Shown here: piece after piece, positions 34,101-46,665 of the stretch
Layout of the letters: every line of letters starts with the position of its first letter
Position numbering within the stretch: the stretch's first letter is position 1
From: Selaginella moellendorffii
Lineage: Eukaryota; Plantae; Lycopodiophyta
DNA length: 64,000 bases
NCBI RefSeq assembly: GCF_000143415.4
Contig: NW_003314329.1
Span: forward strand, 391,421-455,420
Direction: 5' to 3'
Translations under genes and position numbers: made by a program
The notes under the pieces: model-generated
Database searches by the model: none
What the model saw: only the letters and a program-made list of their open reading frames with translations
What the model was told of the DNA's origin: nothing

Positions 34101-35728
34101 AGGAAGGAGAGTGTGCCCACAGCTGTTGCCGTCTTAGCTCGTGTGAAAAATACGGAGATAAGAAAACATAATGCGATTGCACTGAGCCCAAAGAGAAAGA
34201 AATAGACGAAGACAACGGACATGCTGCTGTATGCAAATATGCTGTTCATGGTAACAAGAACAATTATCAACGCGGAAACAGCAAACTGCAGCAAGAAATA
34301 TTCGTCCAGTTAATACATAGTAAACCACCAGAAGGACAACCTGGAGCATGTAGATGATGAACCACGATACATAGAAGTTTGTACCTTCTAACCCCATCAT
34401 AAGCATTCCTTCCTTTATTCCTTTTTCCTAAGTCGTCAAGTAGCTGGTTAATGTCGGTAGTATAACTATATTAGAAATTCACCTTTTCCAGTACCGAGCA
34501 GCTAATCAGTCGCGATACTGGGTAAAGAAACGCAAGAAGATACCTGTCATAAACGACGATTAGAGAAAAGAAAATAAGAAGCTGTTCTACTTACAATATT
34601 CCCAGGAAATTCTTTACGATGGATTGGAACTCGTCGTCCGTATACTCCCTTGTTGGGAAAGGCGCAACGCTGATATACTTTGGAAACACATTTTCTGTCA
34701 CGAGCTTCACATTTTCATGCGACTCATTCTTCAAAACCCGTTTCCGACTTTCATAATGACAAAGTTCTGGTTGCTGCTGGGATAATAAGATCAAGTAGGA
34801 GTCGATAACTTGCTGCAGCTGCTCTGACAAAAAGCGGTAATCAGCTACAACACAGAGAGGAAGCGCAGCTTACCGTCAGAAAGCCACTGTAACCATATTC
34901 ATAAGTTGACACCAAATCCACTCCCAGGATAAGATCATCCACATATGCTCCAGTAGTATCCATGATAGTTCTCACGTCGGGAAAACCTTGAAACGCCCAT
35001 GAGTGATTGAGACGAATACTGTAATCGTATGTACAGGGGCCCTGCTCGAAAAACACTACTGCAGCCTTGATCTTCGGATACAGTTTCTTCCTGAAAGAAC
35101 GAGATTTAGAGCTGTACAACATCATAGCGTGACAAGGTTACCCTGTGCCATAGGTTTTCGACTTGATATATGAATGCAGAGTTTCTTCGTCTTTGTAGAT
35201 TTTTGCTACGGTCTGCCATGCACGACGAAAAAATTAAAAAATAAAAATAAAAACGGAGTCGAAAACCGCGAGAAAATCAAACCTGTAAAAGTGGAAACTT
35301 CAAAGAGAGAAGATCGACCATGGTGGACGTTCCTTCGCTTTCTGGCACAAAAGCTATGTGCTCGCCATTCGCCTCACAAAATTGCAGGACAGCCTCAAAA
35401 CTAGGAGAGATTTTGCTCCTCCCAACCCCCACATACATCCCCTCCTTTATATACCTGAAGTTCAACACGATCGCAAAATCCAACAATGTGAGAATCTTCT
35501 GCTTACGCCGAAGGAGGATGCGTGTGAAAATCCACACGCGATCGAATCGCCATGAGCAAGAGCATGATCGTTGCGGGGAGCACGACCTGCGATTGAAACA
35601 AATCAAACGAGACCGAATGCATCGAAATAATCCTCACTCACCTCCAGCAGCGTCGCCACCGGATGACGCAGCTTGAGGAGCCAGTTCTTCCACAGCATCG
35701 ATCGCAGCTGCCGCCACTGGAGCGCCAT
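28137..35728 (-). CDS. ABCA1: Full-size ABC transporter, subfamily A (ABCA1/AOH-like), many short introns
   Basis: N-terminus [23 protein letters not shown]. Two NBDs: [10 protein letters not shown]...LSGGMKRKL...[10 protein letters not shown] and [10 protein letters not shown]...[10 protein letters not shown]...LDEPSTG. C-terminus [13 protein letters not shown]. Confidence 0.93.
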
Positions 35729-35879
35729 CGCTCGCCCTGGCGCATGGACACGCTCCCCAAAACCCTAGAAGAGAGGCAAACCAGTGTGAGTCACAGAGGA
35801 AGAAGCAAGTAATATTCGGATATCGGCCAGTGGAGGGAAAACGGCCCTGCTGACGTGTCCTCTTTCTTGACCCCCTCTT

Positions 35880-38519
35880 TCAAACTCTTTGCTTGTGCAT
35901 GCTCGACACGGCAACGTAGGGTGACGAGGAGCTTGGATCGAGCTGGATCACTCTCTCCGCCGCGGCGGCGCCTCGATCGCCATCGCCGTGAGCTTTGCAA
36001 GCTCCAAGCATGGCGCTCCACGCCACTCGATCCGGCTCCACCGGCATTGCTGCCATCAGTTCCTGCGCTTCCTGGAGCTGCCCGGCGCGGCCAAGGAGAT
36101 CGATCAGGCACGCGAAGTGCTCCTTGCGGATGAGACCGCTGCCAAAATCGCGGCCGAGGATGGAAGCGAGGAAGAAATCCAGGGCGGTAGAGACGAGCCC
36201 CGAGTGGCTGCAAGCCGAGAGAACGATCATCAGAGTTATGTGATTGGGATTCAAGCCATCGAGTCCCATCAAGAGGAACAGCTCCAGCGCTTGCTTTCCA
36301 TGACCACTCTGTGTGTAAGCCGCGATCATCGAGTTCCAGCACGAGATGCTCTTGCAGGAGAGACCGTCAAAGATCTTCCTGGCCTCGTCGAGCTCTCCAC
36401 ACTTTCCATACATGTCGATCAGGGCCGTGGCCAGAGAAGGAGCTAGCAAAACACTACTGCTGCCATGATTCCTCGCGAGGAGATCATCCAAGTCGGAGTG
36501 GATCGATCGGCCAGCGTTCAATGCGACGCTCCTGGCGCAGGCCTCCAGAATCCACACGAAAGTCCTGCTGTTACTCGACTGTGGATTGCTCTGTGCTTCC
36601 AAGTCCATGGATCGGTAGAGCTCGAGAGCTTCCCGATTACAGCCCTTCTTCACGTAGCCTTCCAGAAGAGCACTCCAAGAGAGGGAGTTCTTTCGGTCCA
36701 TGGATTCCACCACTGTTCTTGCTTCCTCGATCAAGCCATTGTCCGCCAAGAACACCACCATTGCGTTGGACGACACGATATCCCGGCTTGGCATTCGCTC
36801 AAAAACGGACTTGGCCATCTCAACCCGCGTTTTGATCGTGAGCTTCTGCTGCTTCATCGGCCGCACGAAAGCGCCGATCATCGCCGACCACGACACAATG
36901 TTTCTCTCGGCCATGCCATCAAAGATCCTCTTTGCGTCTTCTATCTGTGCTCCATGTTCGACATGAGATTGCAAGAGCGAGTTCCAAGCCACAACATCCC
37001 GGTCAGGCATCCTCTCCACCATCTCTTCGCCCTCGGCCAAAAATCCAGCGCGGGCATAGCCACCGATCATCACAGTCCACACCACTCGATCCATGGCGGG
37101 CATTCGATCCATCGCCGCCACCGCAAGGCTTAGAACACCATTCTCGACGTATCCTCCATGCAGCGCGTTCCACGACGAGAAGTTCCGTCCAGGCATCTCG
37201 TGAAAGATCTCTTCGGCGTGATAAATCTCTCCCTGCTGCATGGAAGCCTTGAGCATCAGATTCCATCCCAACAAGCTCCTGTGCGACATTCTCTCGAACA
37301 AAGCTCTCGCCGATTCAAAGCTCGCGGACTCCTCGTCGGCGTATCCTTGCAGGAGCGCGTTCCAGGAGACGGTGTCGCGCGCGGGCATGCTCTCGAAAAC
37401 TTGGCTGGCCTCTCGCACCGAGTGGCTGCTCGCAAAGGCGCTAATCATGGTGTTGCACGAGATCACGTCCATCTCCGGCAAAGCATCGAAGAGTTTCTTG
37501 GCGTCGGCGGCTATCTGGTTGATTGCATACGCCCAGATCATCGCGTTCCACGACACAAGACTCTTTTCGGGGATCTCATCGAACAAAGCCCCGGCGATGT
37601 CAATATGCCCGCTTTGGGCATATGCTTGCAGCAATGCGATCCAAACAGCTACGCTCCATTGCGGCATCGCATCAAACAGCCTCTTAGAATCGTCGACGCT
37701 TCCGTTCTTTGAGAGACATCTGATTGTTTCAATCCACGAAATCAAGTCGCGCTCTGGACGTGAAAGAAAGAACTCTAGAATTTTAAAAAGGTGCCCAGCC
37801 TCGGCATAAGCGACTATTGCAGCGTTCCACGACGCCAAGCTATGCTGTGGCATTTTGTTCATCATCGTGACAGCATCTTCAGCGCATCCATGCTGAAGAA
37901 CACCATTTACAATAGAATTCCACGAAACAACATTCCTTCCCGGCATAGAATCAAACAAACTCATTGCTTTCAACAGATGCCCAGGCTGGGCATATGCTAC
38001 GATCATCGTATTCCATGCCACGGCATCGGCCACGCTCGAGAAACGCTCAAAGATCCCCTGCGCCTCGTCGGTCCGCTGCCTCTTCGCGCATGCCGCAAGC
38101 ACCAGATTCACCGAAAACGCATTGGGCTGCGAGATTCGATCGAATGCCGCGCGGGCGTAGCTCACGCATCCCAGCTTTCCATACATCTCCACTACGAGAT
38201 TGCCCAGGAATGTCTCACCGTCGCGGCCGCTGCGAGAGATGTGATCGTGGACGCGCTTGCCTCGGCCCAAATCTCCAGAGTCTCCACACTGGCGGATCAA
38301 GAGCGCATAGCTGCTGCTGGAGACTCGCGCGTTTTCGGTCTCTTCCAACCGATCCACAGCGTCCGCGAGCCCGCCCTCGATCGCAATCTCCACTTCCATC
38401 TTTCCTTTGTCGGCCAGACACTCGCCTGCCAGTGCTCCCCAGATTGCCCATTCTCCATCGCGGAGCTTTTGCCTCATCCATCTTATAGCATCCCCCTTCC
38501 CTCTTCTCCAAGCTTGCAT
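35880..38519 (-). CDS. PPR protein with a long run of short (S/SS) motifs and E-type end; true start may be a downstream Met
   Basis: 879 aa intronless ORF; ~31-aa repeats (F..MP.R..VSWN); HFACLIDLLGRAGQL. Confidence 0.92.
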   Translation of the reverse strand: MQAWRRGKGDAIRWMRQKLRDGEWAIWGALAGECLADKGKMEVEIAIEGGLADAVDRLEETENARVSSSSYALLIRQCGDSGDLGRGKRVHDHISRSGRDGETFLGNLVVEMYGKLGCVSYARAAFDRISQPNAFSVNLVLAACAKRQRTDEAQGIFERFSSVADAVAWNTMIVAYAQPGHLLKAMSLFDSMPGRNVVSWNSIVNGVLQHGCAEDAVTMMNKMPQHSLASWNAAIVAYAEAGHLFKILEFFLSRPERDLISWIETIRCLSKNGSVDDSKRLFDAMPQWSVAVWIALLQAYAQSGHIDIAGALFDEIPEKSLVSWNAMIWAYAINQIAADAKKLFDALPEMDVISCNTMISAFASSHSVREASQVFESMPARDTVSWNALLQGYADEESASFESARALFERMSHRSLLGWNLMLKASMQQGEIYHAEEIFHEMPGRNFSSWNALHGGYVENGVLSLAVAAMDRMPAMDRVVWTVMIGGYARAGFLAEGEEMVERMPDRDVVAWNSLLQSHVEHGAQIEDAKRIFDGMAERNIVSWSAMIGAFVRPMKQQKLTIKTRVEMAKSVFERMPSRDIVSSNAMVVFLADNGLIEEARTVVESMDRKNSLSWSALLEGYVKKGCNREALELYRSMDLEAQSNPQSSNSRTFVWILEACARSVALNAGRSIHSDLDDLLARNHGSSSVLLAPSLATALIDMYGKCGELDEARKIFDGLSCKSISCWNSMIAAYTQSGHGKQALELFLLMGLDGLNPNHITLMIVLSACSHSGLVSTALDFFLASILGRDFGSGLIRKEHFACLIDLLGRAGQLQEAQELMAAMPVEPDRVAWSAMLGACKAHGDGDRGAAAAERVIQLDPSSSSPYVAVSSMHKQRV

Positions 38520-38673
38520 ATAGCGACCACATTTTGTTCTTTTAAGTGGTCATTCTTAGATTGATAGAAAGAAAAAATAATCGGCACATGCAGTATGATA
38601 CAACCAAAAAAAATATAAATAAAAAAGATGAAAGAGTAAGTACCTAGTCAAGTAAATATATCTCCACTTCACA

Positions 38674-41600
38674 TCACATCTCGGCTTTCATGAGCTTTGG
38701 ACGAGCCGAGATGTAAATGTTGTCAAAGGGAGCCATTTGTTCCACGTTGATGTAATCTTTAGTCTTGAGCACCTGGTGGAAACAACACCAATTTTTAGCT
38801 TGAGGATGAAATCACCGAAGCTTTGAGGATTTGAGGATCAAATCACCAAAGTAAGAAAGAAAAGCTTACCAGGCTCTCAAAGAACATGCGAGCGGATTCT
38901 CGCCTGGTTTTTCCTTGGAGAAGTCTTTCCAAGCCGAGCTTTGGAGCCACTACGTGCCTTTCTTTCCTGGCACTCTCCATGGTTTCAAACGTGACTCGCA
39001 AATACTGGCAAACAGCCCTGGACACACATCGTCAAGTTAAAATCATGCTCACAAAGATCATGAACTATGAATGTACCGTACCTTGTTCTCACGGACCATC
39101 CACTGTTATCTTGAGCTTGATCTTGCAGATAATCCGGATCGTAATTGTCAGCATCGTCGCCAGCAGCAGCGTCTAAGAGCACATCAAAAGAACAGAGCGT
39201 CGAAACCAAGTCAAGTGCTTTTGTGAATCTTTCATCTTGATTACCTTCGTCCTTGGAGTCTACGAGAAAGTCCAGATCCTAAGAAAGAAAGAAGATTAGC
39301 ATGAACTTACAAGAGGATGAGAAACCATACCTCTACAGTGTTATTGGCACCTACTTGTTGATCACTATCGATGGCGTCAATCCTTTGTGCTGGGGTGGTG
39401 TTGTCTGCTACAACCATTTCTTCCTCCATTTTGTTGTCATTCGGAGCCTCCTCGTCTTCCATTTGCTTTGGTTCTGAGCCAGCTTTGTCACCCACGGATT
39501 CATCGGCTTGAGTTTCTTGTCCATCCTCGAGGTTGACAGCGTCAAGCCCACCTTCTTCCTTTCCTTCTTCGGTTGCTTCGGACTCACGAGCCTCAGGAAG
39601 TTTTGGTGTTTGGTCCGCCTCCTCCGGCTTCTCATCACCATTTACGAGCTCGTTCGTATCACCAAGCGCGTTCAAATCCTTGGCATCGTTGACAACTGCA
39701 GGCTCCACAACTCCCTCACTTTGCTCTGGAACATCAGCTCCAGCGGGAGTTTCCAGAGTGTGTTCGTCGGCGAGAGCAGGACACGGCCGCTCCTCGGGAA
39801 GAACAACTTCAGGCTTATCAGATGGCTGGGCCTCCTCTTTGTCACAAGCGTCCCGCCTTTCCGAGTCCAAGTTCTCTTTGATCGTCGTCTCGTCGGCTTT
39901 CTCTGCACTGGCAACTGTTTCGGTCCGAGGAAAAGGGTCGGGTTGCTCTAGACCTTCTCCAAAGCGATAGCTAGCTTCCAGGTCATAGAATAGATCGTCC
40001 TCGAATGGCTCCTCCTCGAGAGTGATCGGCTCGCGACTTTCCTCTTCCTCCAGCTGATACTTGTCTTGCCTGGCGGACACTTCGGTGGTGTCGGACTCCA
40101 CACTGTGTCTTGCATCACCGGCACTGTACACAGAACGATAAACCTCGCGAATGATATCGCAAGATCCTGGCAAAAAGAAAAGAAAAAAACAAAGGAAGCA
40201 CTCCTCCAACTTAAGAAAAAGAGTTGTACCTGGAATGAGAGGTTCGTCGAACATTTGCTGGCCTAGTCCATCTTTCTCCGATCCCCAGACTTCATAATCG
40301 GTGCAAGGAGCTCTTTTTCGAACCCGGCGAATGCTGCTCGTGTCCGCAAGCTGCTGTCGCATGTGACTATGGAGAAAACGTCGTAAGGGACGTGGTTTAC
40401 AAACAACCAAGAGAAAACAAAACTTACTCGCCATCCAAAACCATGGATTCGTCGAAGTGAACTTTTCTCTTTCTCGAGCCGGGCTTTGGACCGGGCTTGT
40501 GGCGCTTCGCAGGTGGTGTCGGTGCCACCACTAGAGAAGGTGTTCTTCTACCTATGTTTTTTCCAAGCTTAGATTCATGAGGAAAAACGAAAAGATTGAG
40601 TGTATGAGTACGCACCTAGAATCGACGCCAGTAAATCATCATCCCCGTGAGAAGGAAACTCCGGCATTCTCGTCATTGATGGCGGAGAAAGCCTCGGGGT
40701 TTCTTCGACTTCCTGAAGTTTGAGAGTATCTTCGACGAGAGGAACAGGATCATCAATCACGTCCTCTTTCTTCTGTGGTGCTGGAGTAGAATCCGACTCT
40801 GGAAGTTCCAACACATTTGGCTCCAGCAAAGGAACTTCGGGAGCCGATCGGACTTTCTCAATATCAGGCACATCCTCAAGCTGCTTCTCCACGGTAATCT
40901 CTCGGCCCTGCGCGTTGTCCTCGTCCACAGCCTTCTGAGTTTCCAAAGTCTCTTCTTTGTCTTGTTCTTTGTCTGCCTCTTGCTCTTGAGTAATATCTTT
41001 GTCACCTCGACTCTCCTCTTGCTCGCTCTCTTGCAGGACGATTCCTTCGTTCTTCTTCTCGAGCGAAGACGGTGAAACTTCTTCTCCTTCTTTTACTTCT
41101 TCAGCAGCAGCAGCAGCAGTAGCGGCAGGAGCAGCGTCTTCATTCTCGCGAGCGTCCGCCGGAGTTTCTGTAGTTTCAACCAGCGAATCACTAGCCACCA
41201 CCTCTGGGACAATCTCTTCGTCGCCACCATCAGCTTTTGTTGTAGCTTCGCTTTCAGTGGTAGCTGCAAACTCATTCGTTTCTGCTGCTGATGGTGGCGG
41301 CGGTGGTACCTCTTCGACGGGCACTACGTTGATATCGAACTTGTTTGCGTCCACCGAGGGCCTGAGCTGATCATCCAGCTCCATGGCATCATCGTTTGGG
41401 AGCTCCGGGACCTCGTTGGCGGCCTCGATGTTCTCTTCGGCTTTGTCATCTTCATCCATCGGTTCCACCGAGACGGGGCTGCAAAAAGCAATAGTTCTCA
41501 AGTAAGTATTATTACGCATTCCAGTCACTGGCTACGTACTCTTCTTCGACGCTCACGCCTTTCTCCTGATCTTTTTCTTTAACGGTGAAAACATCCTGGA

Positions 41601-42436
41601 AACAAAAGACAAAGTTAAAGTCTCTGAGAGCCAAGAAATAAAAGAGCTCGACACAAACCTCGCCAAAATCCAAACGAGGAGCATCCCCATCTGTAAATCT
41701 TTCTGCGTACACACAAACAATTGCAAGCTCAGAATTTTTCGAAAGCTCGGAGTTTTTCAAAAGCTCAAGAGAGAAAAACAAAAAAAACTTTACCATCGAG
41801 TCCAAATTGCGAGCTAAGATACGTAGTGTCCTCGATGGTGTCTTGCAAAGTAATCTGCTCACGCGATGTAACATGGTGATCGATGGAACTGCAAAAAAAA
41901 TAAAAAGGATAAGAAAACAAGAGTTTTGTACGTTCATTCAGACAAGCAAAGAAAAAAAAACAGATAACCACCTATTTGCAAGGAATAACGCTTCTCGATC
42001 CGGGAGGAGCTCCAAATCGTCGAGATCGAAAGTTTCCGGCAGCGTGATCGAATGGAAAGGAGCAGTGGCCGCCTCGGGTGGAAGATCAACAGCTCCAGAG
42101 TGAAAGGCCTGCTTGATCTTCACCAAAGCCTCGCTACAGTCGTGGAACAAGTAGTTGACCTTGCGCGAGTAGATTCTCACAACACCCAGCAGCAAGTGCC
42201 CGGACAAGCGCAGCGCGATTGGAACCTCGGGACAAAGAATGGAATCTAGAAAAAAAAAAAAAGAAAAAACTCTCTTTTCAGCAACGAAACAACATCCTAG
42301 ATCGTGACTTACCCACAGACACACCGATGTTGGTCTCGGTAACTTGGTTCTTCCGGAGCTTCCGCTCCAGATGAGCAGCAATCCATATGGTACCCAGCGG
42401 TCCCTTCTTGGCTAGGATGAACTGGGAGTAGAACAT
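38674..42436 (-). CDS. RAD21: Cohesin kleisin subunit RAD21/SCC1 (SYN-like), multi-exon
   Basis: N-terminus [23 protein letters not shown]...[19 protein letters not shown]; acidic middle; C-terminal winged helix GWSVRTR...[26 protein letters not shown]. Confidence 0.95.
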
Positions 42437-42624
42437 CTTGTGGGTCGTGGAATTTGGCCTAGTCCAGCGCGAATTCCTCCGCTCCAAGCTCCATCTCGCT
42501 CATCTAGCTCATCTAGCTCACAGCCTCCAAGCTCGTTCTACCCAAGTTCTCAAGGAGTTCTCACCTCTTTGGCCGGATGGAAGAAACCCTCTCGAGACTC
42601 GAGAGGAAAAAGAGGAGCCAAAAC

Positions 42625-42762
42625 TCTCTCTTTCTCTCTCGCTCATGGGAATGCGGCCCCTGCGAGTTCGAATTTTGGCCGCCCAAAAACAAATAAACTC
42701 CCTCCTCGTTGTGCCCTGTCACTCTCTCTCTCTCCCTCGCTTCTCTCTCTCTCTCTCTCTCC
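42625..42762. repeat. (CT/GA)n microsatellites in the RAD21 upstream/5' UTR region
   Basis: ctctctctct runs. Confidence 0.8.
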
Positions 42763-42977
42763 AGCGCACTCTTCTAAAAAACCACAGTGTGATGGTAGAG
42801 AGTACCTATAGCACCAGTCCACTACTGTACCCAATGCCCATCCAACCCGGGGCTGCCACGTGCGCGCCACGTCACCGGGTAAAGGGGGCCTGCCTTGCCT
42901 TCAACGTCTGTCTGGTCGTGGTTGGAATCTCCGAGTGACGAGGAAGAATTTCCAGGGGTAATAAACTTGTGTTTTTA

Positions 42978-43317
42978 TCATTTCCCTTGGATCTTGGGTG
43001 AAGTGGGTGAATTGGGTGAATCGGGTGAATCTCCTCCTCCTTTTTCTTCTTCTTGTTCTTCTTCTTCTTCTTCTTTTCTAGCGACGCTAGCACAAATGGC
43101 TTCCATGCTCTCGATCAGTGACTCCAGTTCTTGCTTGTCCAGCTCGGCCACAAGAGGGGATTTGTCTGCCAAGGCCATCTCGACGCGCAAGATGCCCTGT
43201 TTGATGCTGCCCACGGCGCTGCTGCTCACCATCCACTGCATTGCAAATGATGAGAACAACTAGAAGCACGCTCTCTCTCACCTTGAGCTTCCAATCGAAG
43301 TCCACTAGAGAATCCAT
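42978..43317 (-). CDS. Small stand-alone COMM-domain (COMMD-like) protein, two exons (43317-43282; 43235-42978)
   Basis: Splicing a 46-nt GT-AG intron gives MDSLVDFDWKLKWMVSSSAVGSIKQGILRVEMALADKSPLVAELDKQELESLIESMEAI. This fits the COMM pattern L.D.DW.L...SS.......P...L.L.....E.....L..L...LE. It is followed by an acidic and SP-repeat tail. Confidence 0.75.
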
Positions 43318-43461
43318 TTTATAAACTAGCCCTAAACCCTTCTTTTTTTGAGAAACCCAGCAAAAACTCTACTAAATCTATAATTCCCCTTTAAAGGGTC
43401 ACAGATTTTCCTTTTCACCACTACTATATATATGCAGATCACTCACACCTAAATCACCAGC

Positions 43462-43929
43462 ATGGAGGTTGTAAGGATTATTGATCCGATTAAGGAGAAG
43501 CTACGGACAATTCATTTGGAGCAGCAGAGGAGGGCTAAGCATGACAGGTACATGGAGGAGGTATCTGAGGATCACGACTACTGCTGGGGGGAGATCCCAG
43601 AGCCTGAAAGGGTCAGGATTCCATACCTTCCTCTAATAAATTTCAGGGAGCCTACCAAATCCAAAGCAAGCCAGGTAAAATCGCACAAGGATGCAAATCC
43701 ATTTGAGACTTTGGATGGTCTTGAAGAAGATATCGATGATGTTGGCAACAAAGATCCAAAGGAAAAAAAGAGGAGGAAAAGGCACCCAAGAAAGAAGAAT
43801 AAAGGTCAACCAATTCCACCAGTCAATCAATCAATCATCCATGAGCCAGTCAAGACCATACATTGGGGAAGGATCGTTCAAGGGATCCTTTTGATGATCT
43901 TTTTGTACGCTGTCCTTTTCTTTTGCTGA
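43462..43929 (+). CDS. Uncharacterised 155 aa protein with a basic cluster and C-terminal transmembrane helix
   Basis: Single-exon ORF with a TATA-like tatatata ~35 nt upstream; KEKKRRKRHPRKKNK; WGRIVQGILLMIFLYAVLFFC at the extreme C-terminus. Confidence 0.6.
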   Translation: MEVVRIIDPIKEKLRTIHLEQQRRAKHDRYMEEVSEDHDYCWGEIPEPERVRIPYLPLINFREPTKSKASQVKSHKDANPFETLDGLEEDIDDVGNKDPKEKKRRKRHPRKKNKGQPIPPVNQSIIHEPVKTIHWGRIVQGILLMIFLYAVLFFC

Positions 43930-44050
43930 AAGTTCCAATCTTGTAACTTATGAAAAATTCATCTTGAATCTATATGTCGAAGAGATATTGCCCCGTTTCT
44001 AATGTTTTGCTTGTGCCTTCTGTTGTAAAAGTTTAGTTTTTAGATTATAT

Positions 44051-46602
44051 TCATGTTCTTATTCTCTTCCCAGGATGGCTGCTTTCTTCGGCAACAATGT
44101 CACCGTCTTCATGCAACCCCCCTTTTTCTCTCTTCTTCTTCTCCATTATCTGAGTTATCTTGTGTAGCTCGTTGTTGAGCTTCTGATCCTTGTTTTGCTT
44201 CCGCGTCTTCCTCCCATCTTGCATCTTGACACCAAACTGATAAGCGGCTTTTGGAGTGGCTTCTTTCTGGTCGTTGTATTTTCCCCACTCTTCCTCTGTC
44301 TCAAAGTCCCAGCGATGCAATCGCCCTTTAGCCTGGCGAAGAACACAGTTAAAAGTAAACAAGACGAAGAAAATCTGCGTACCCTGCCACCGACGTCCAT
44401 TTTCGTGAGGTCCGCGTCTTCATCGCTGTCAACTATCTCTCTGTTGTATTCCTGGTAGCCTGGGTAACACTCCGAGTAGCTCTCTGACACAAAGTTTGGA
44501 TCTTTCTCGCGAGAATCAAGCTCCCTTCGCTGACGGAGCCTTTGATCGTCGCGCTTGAACACCGAACTCATGCCTCTGTCCTTCTCTTCCTGCGTCATGC
44601 ACAGAGGATCCTTTGGTGCAACAGGAGCAATGGCTGCTGCTGGAACGCTTGCATTTCCCTCCACGCTAAGCTGATTGGCGTAGTATTCATAAGAAGGATC
44701 GTCTGGAGGAGGAGGAAGGTAATCTTGCCACTCACTACCGAACTGAGGCATCGCAGGACCTTGCATTGGAGCCTGATTCAAAAATTGGAAGGTAAACAAA
44801 AAACAGTCAGTTGTCTTCCAAGACTTATAGCTAGAAGGCTTGCCTGTTCCCAGTCTTCATGTGATCTTTGCTCCTCATGAAAGTATGAAGCGCCACCATT
44901 TCCATCCCGTCGTGGAGACTCCTCCATGTCCTCGGATCGAGGGCTGCCGTCTATAGTTACTACGTAGTCTGTGCCAGCGTCTGCAAATATGTCGTCTTCA
45001 GCCACTCGAGGCTTTGGTGCTTCCTCTTCGACGGCGGCATCGTCTGTGTCTGAAGGCCTGTCCTTTACTACTTCATCATCATGCGTCTCTGGTTGTTTGA
45101 CGTCAATCGGTGCTACCAGTGCCGCCGCTTCTTTTGCAGTGCCTGGTGAACGTCAAACAAGTCGGTCGAAACTCTTTAAAAGAGCGAATCATACAACGTA
45201 CCTTTTGTGTCGGACTTATCTCTCCTCTTTTTCTTAGAGGTCTGGAGTACAAATGTTAGAGATAGTCTAAGAAAATCAAGCACAAACTCTCTCACCTTAC
45301 CGGAAGCTCCCAGCTTCAAATAAGCCATGATTTTGGCTATCCTGTCTAAAACAGCCACATCAACTCCCACAGTCACAAACTCCTGCATGAAAACCAGCAC
45401 TGTAAATACAACTGCGGCTTATTTTTTTGCTTACCTCGGGTGTAGGACAGTCATCTTTGCTTCGGTACACGGTGGTAGGGATATGGTGTGACATTTCTTC
45501 CTGTAGTCTCAAAAAAATTTAGAAATTACCAGACAAACTTAAAAGCCTACCATGTCGAACGCGTAGGCCATCCGACCCGGAAGAAACATGTCGCTTGTTT
45601 TGCTCAACGTTGGAGGCTTGACCAACCATTTGTATATCACCTGCGAGAACACTTTAGATTCAAAACTAAACACAACGCACAAACCTCTCACCCTGGCAAC
45701 TGGAGTATTGAACTTGATTGGTTCGTCCTCGCTCTTGCTGACCCTGAAAATAAAAAACATGCGCTCTCAGAAAACACAAGAAAAGAGTAGGTTTTGCACC
45801 TTATTTCTTCCTCAGGCTCCTCCAACTCTTCGGGTTTCTTATCAATCTCACTCCGGACTTTGTTTAGGAGGGCGTAGTCTAGCCCCTTTACCAGGTGCGT
45901 GTGCTCGACATCACCTGTGTTACTAGAGCCAATTCATAAATCTATGAAATGGTAAGCTTACCTCCAAGGTACTTGCTGTTGGCTATGGATATCTTCTTTT
46001 GTATTTCAGCTGCCCTGCAGGGAGAATAGAAAAACACCACCATAAACGATTTTCCACGTGAGAAAGAATTACTTCACTGTAAGTCGACAGCTCCCGGAGG
46101 AGCTACAGCGTGTAAGGTGCTGATTCCAGACGCTGCAGCCATAAGTTCGTAGTCTGGATTTTGATCCTCGCGCCGCTCTTTAGCACGATCGCGATATTTT
46201 GGCAAATCATCCTCTTCGTCGACTTTGGTCGGTTTCTTCTCCTCTCTAAGACAATGAACTCGCATAAGCAAAGAGAACAAAAGAAAAAGAACAAAAGAAA
46301 CGCTCACTCTTTGGGCTTGGGCGGTCGAAACTTTCGGGCAGGACGCTTTGCGCTCTCATCGGCATTCTTCCTGGACGAAATTTCACTTGAGACTATTCAC
46401 CAGTGTAATGTAGCCTATACACTTACTTCTTAGGGCGTTGATCCTTGGAGCTCTCATCCGGTGGAGCTCGCCGCGGCGTCTCCATGACCATCCGCCGGAA
46501 ATCCGCATTGGAGAGATTCTCTTGGCGCGACGATGATCCGCCATCGTTCCGGCGCCGCGGAGGAGGAGGCAGCGGATTGGAAGTGGGCGTCTCCACAACC
46601 AT
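44051..46602 (-). CDS. SMU2: RED/IK family spliceosomal protein (SMU2), multi-exon
   Basis: LSNADFRRMVMETPR, KYRDRAKERREDQNPDYE, SKYLGGDVEHTHLVKGLDYALL, SYSECYPG, RWDFETEEEW..Y...KEA.PKAAYQFGVKM. Confidence 0.93.
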
Positions 46603-46665
46603 GGCGAAAACAAAAGAAATAGGGTTCTTCGTCTACCATGTTGAATTAATTAATACTAAAGAGGG

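Noticed and set aside
35791-38564. Many overlapping antisense and alternate-frame ORFs over GC-rich PPR genes (also over the RLK and SLAH genes)
   Set aside because: Shadow ORFs of GC-rich coding sequence with no independent motifs.
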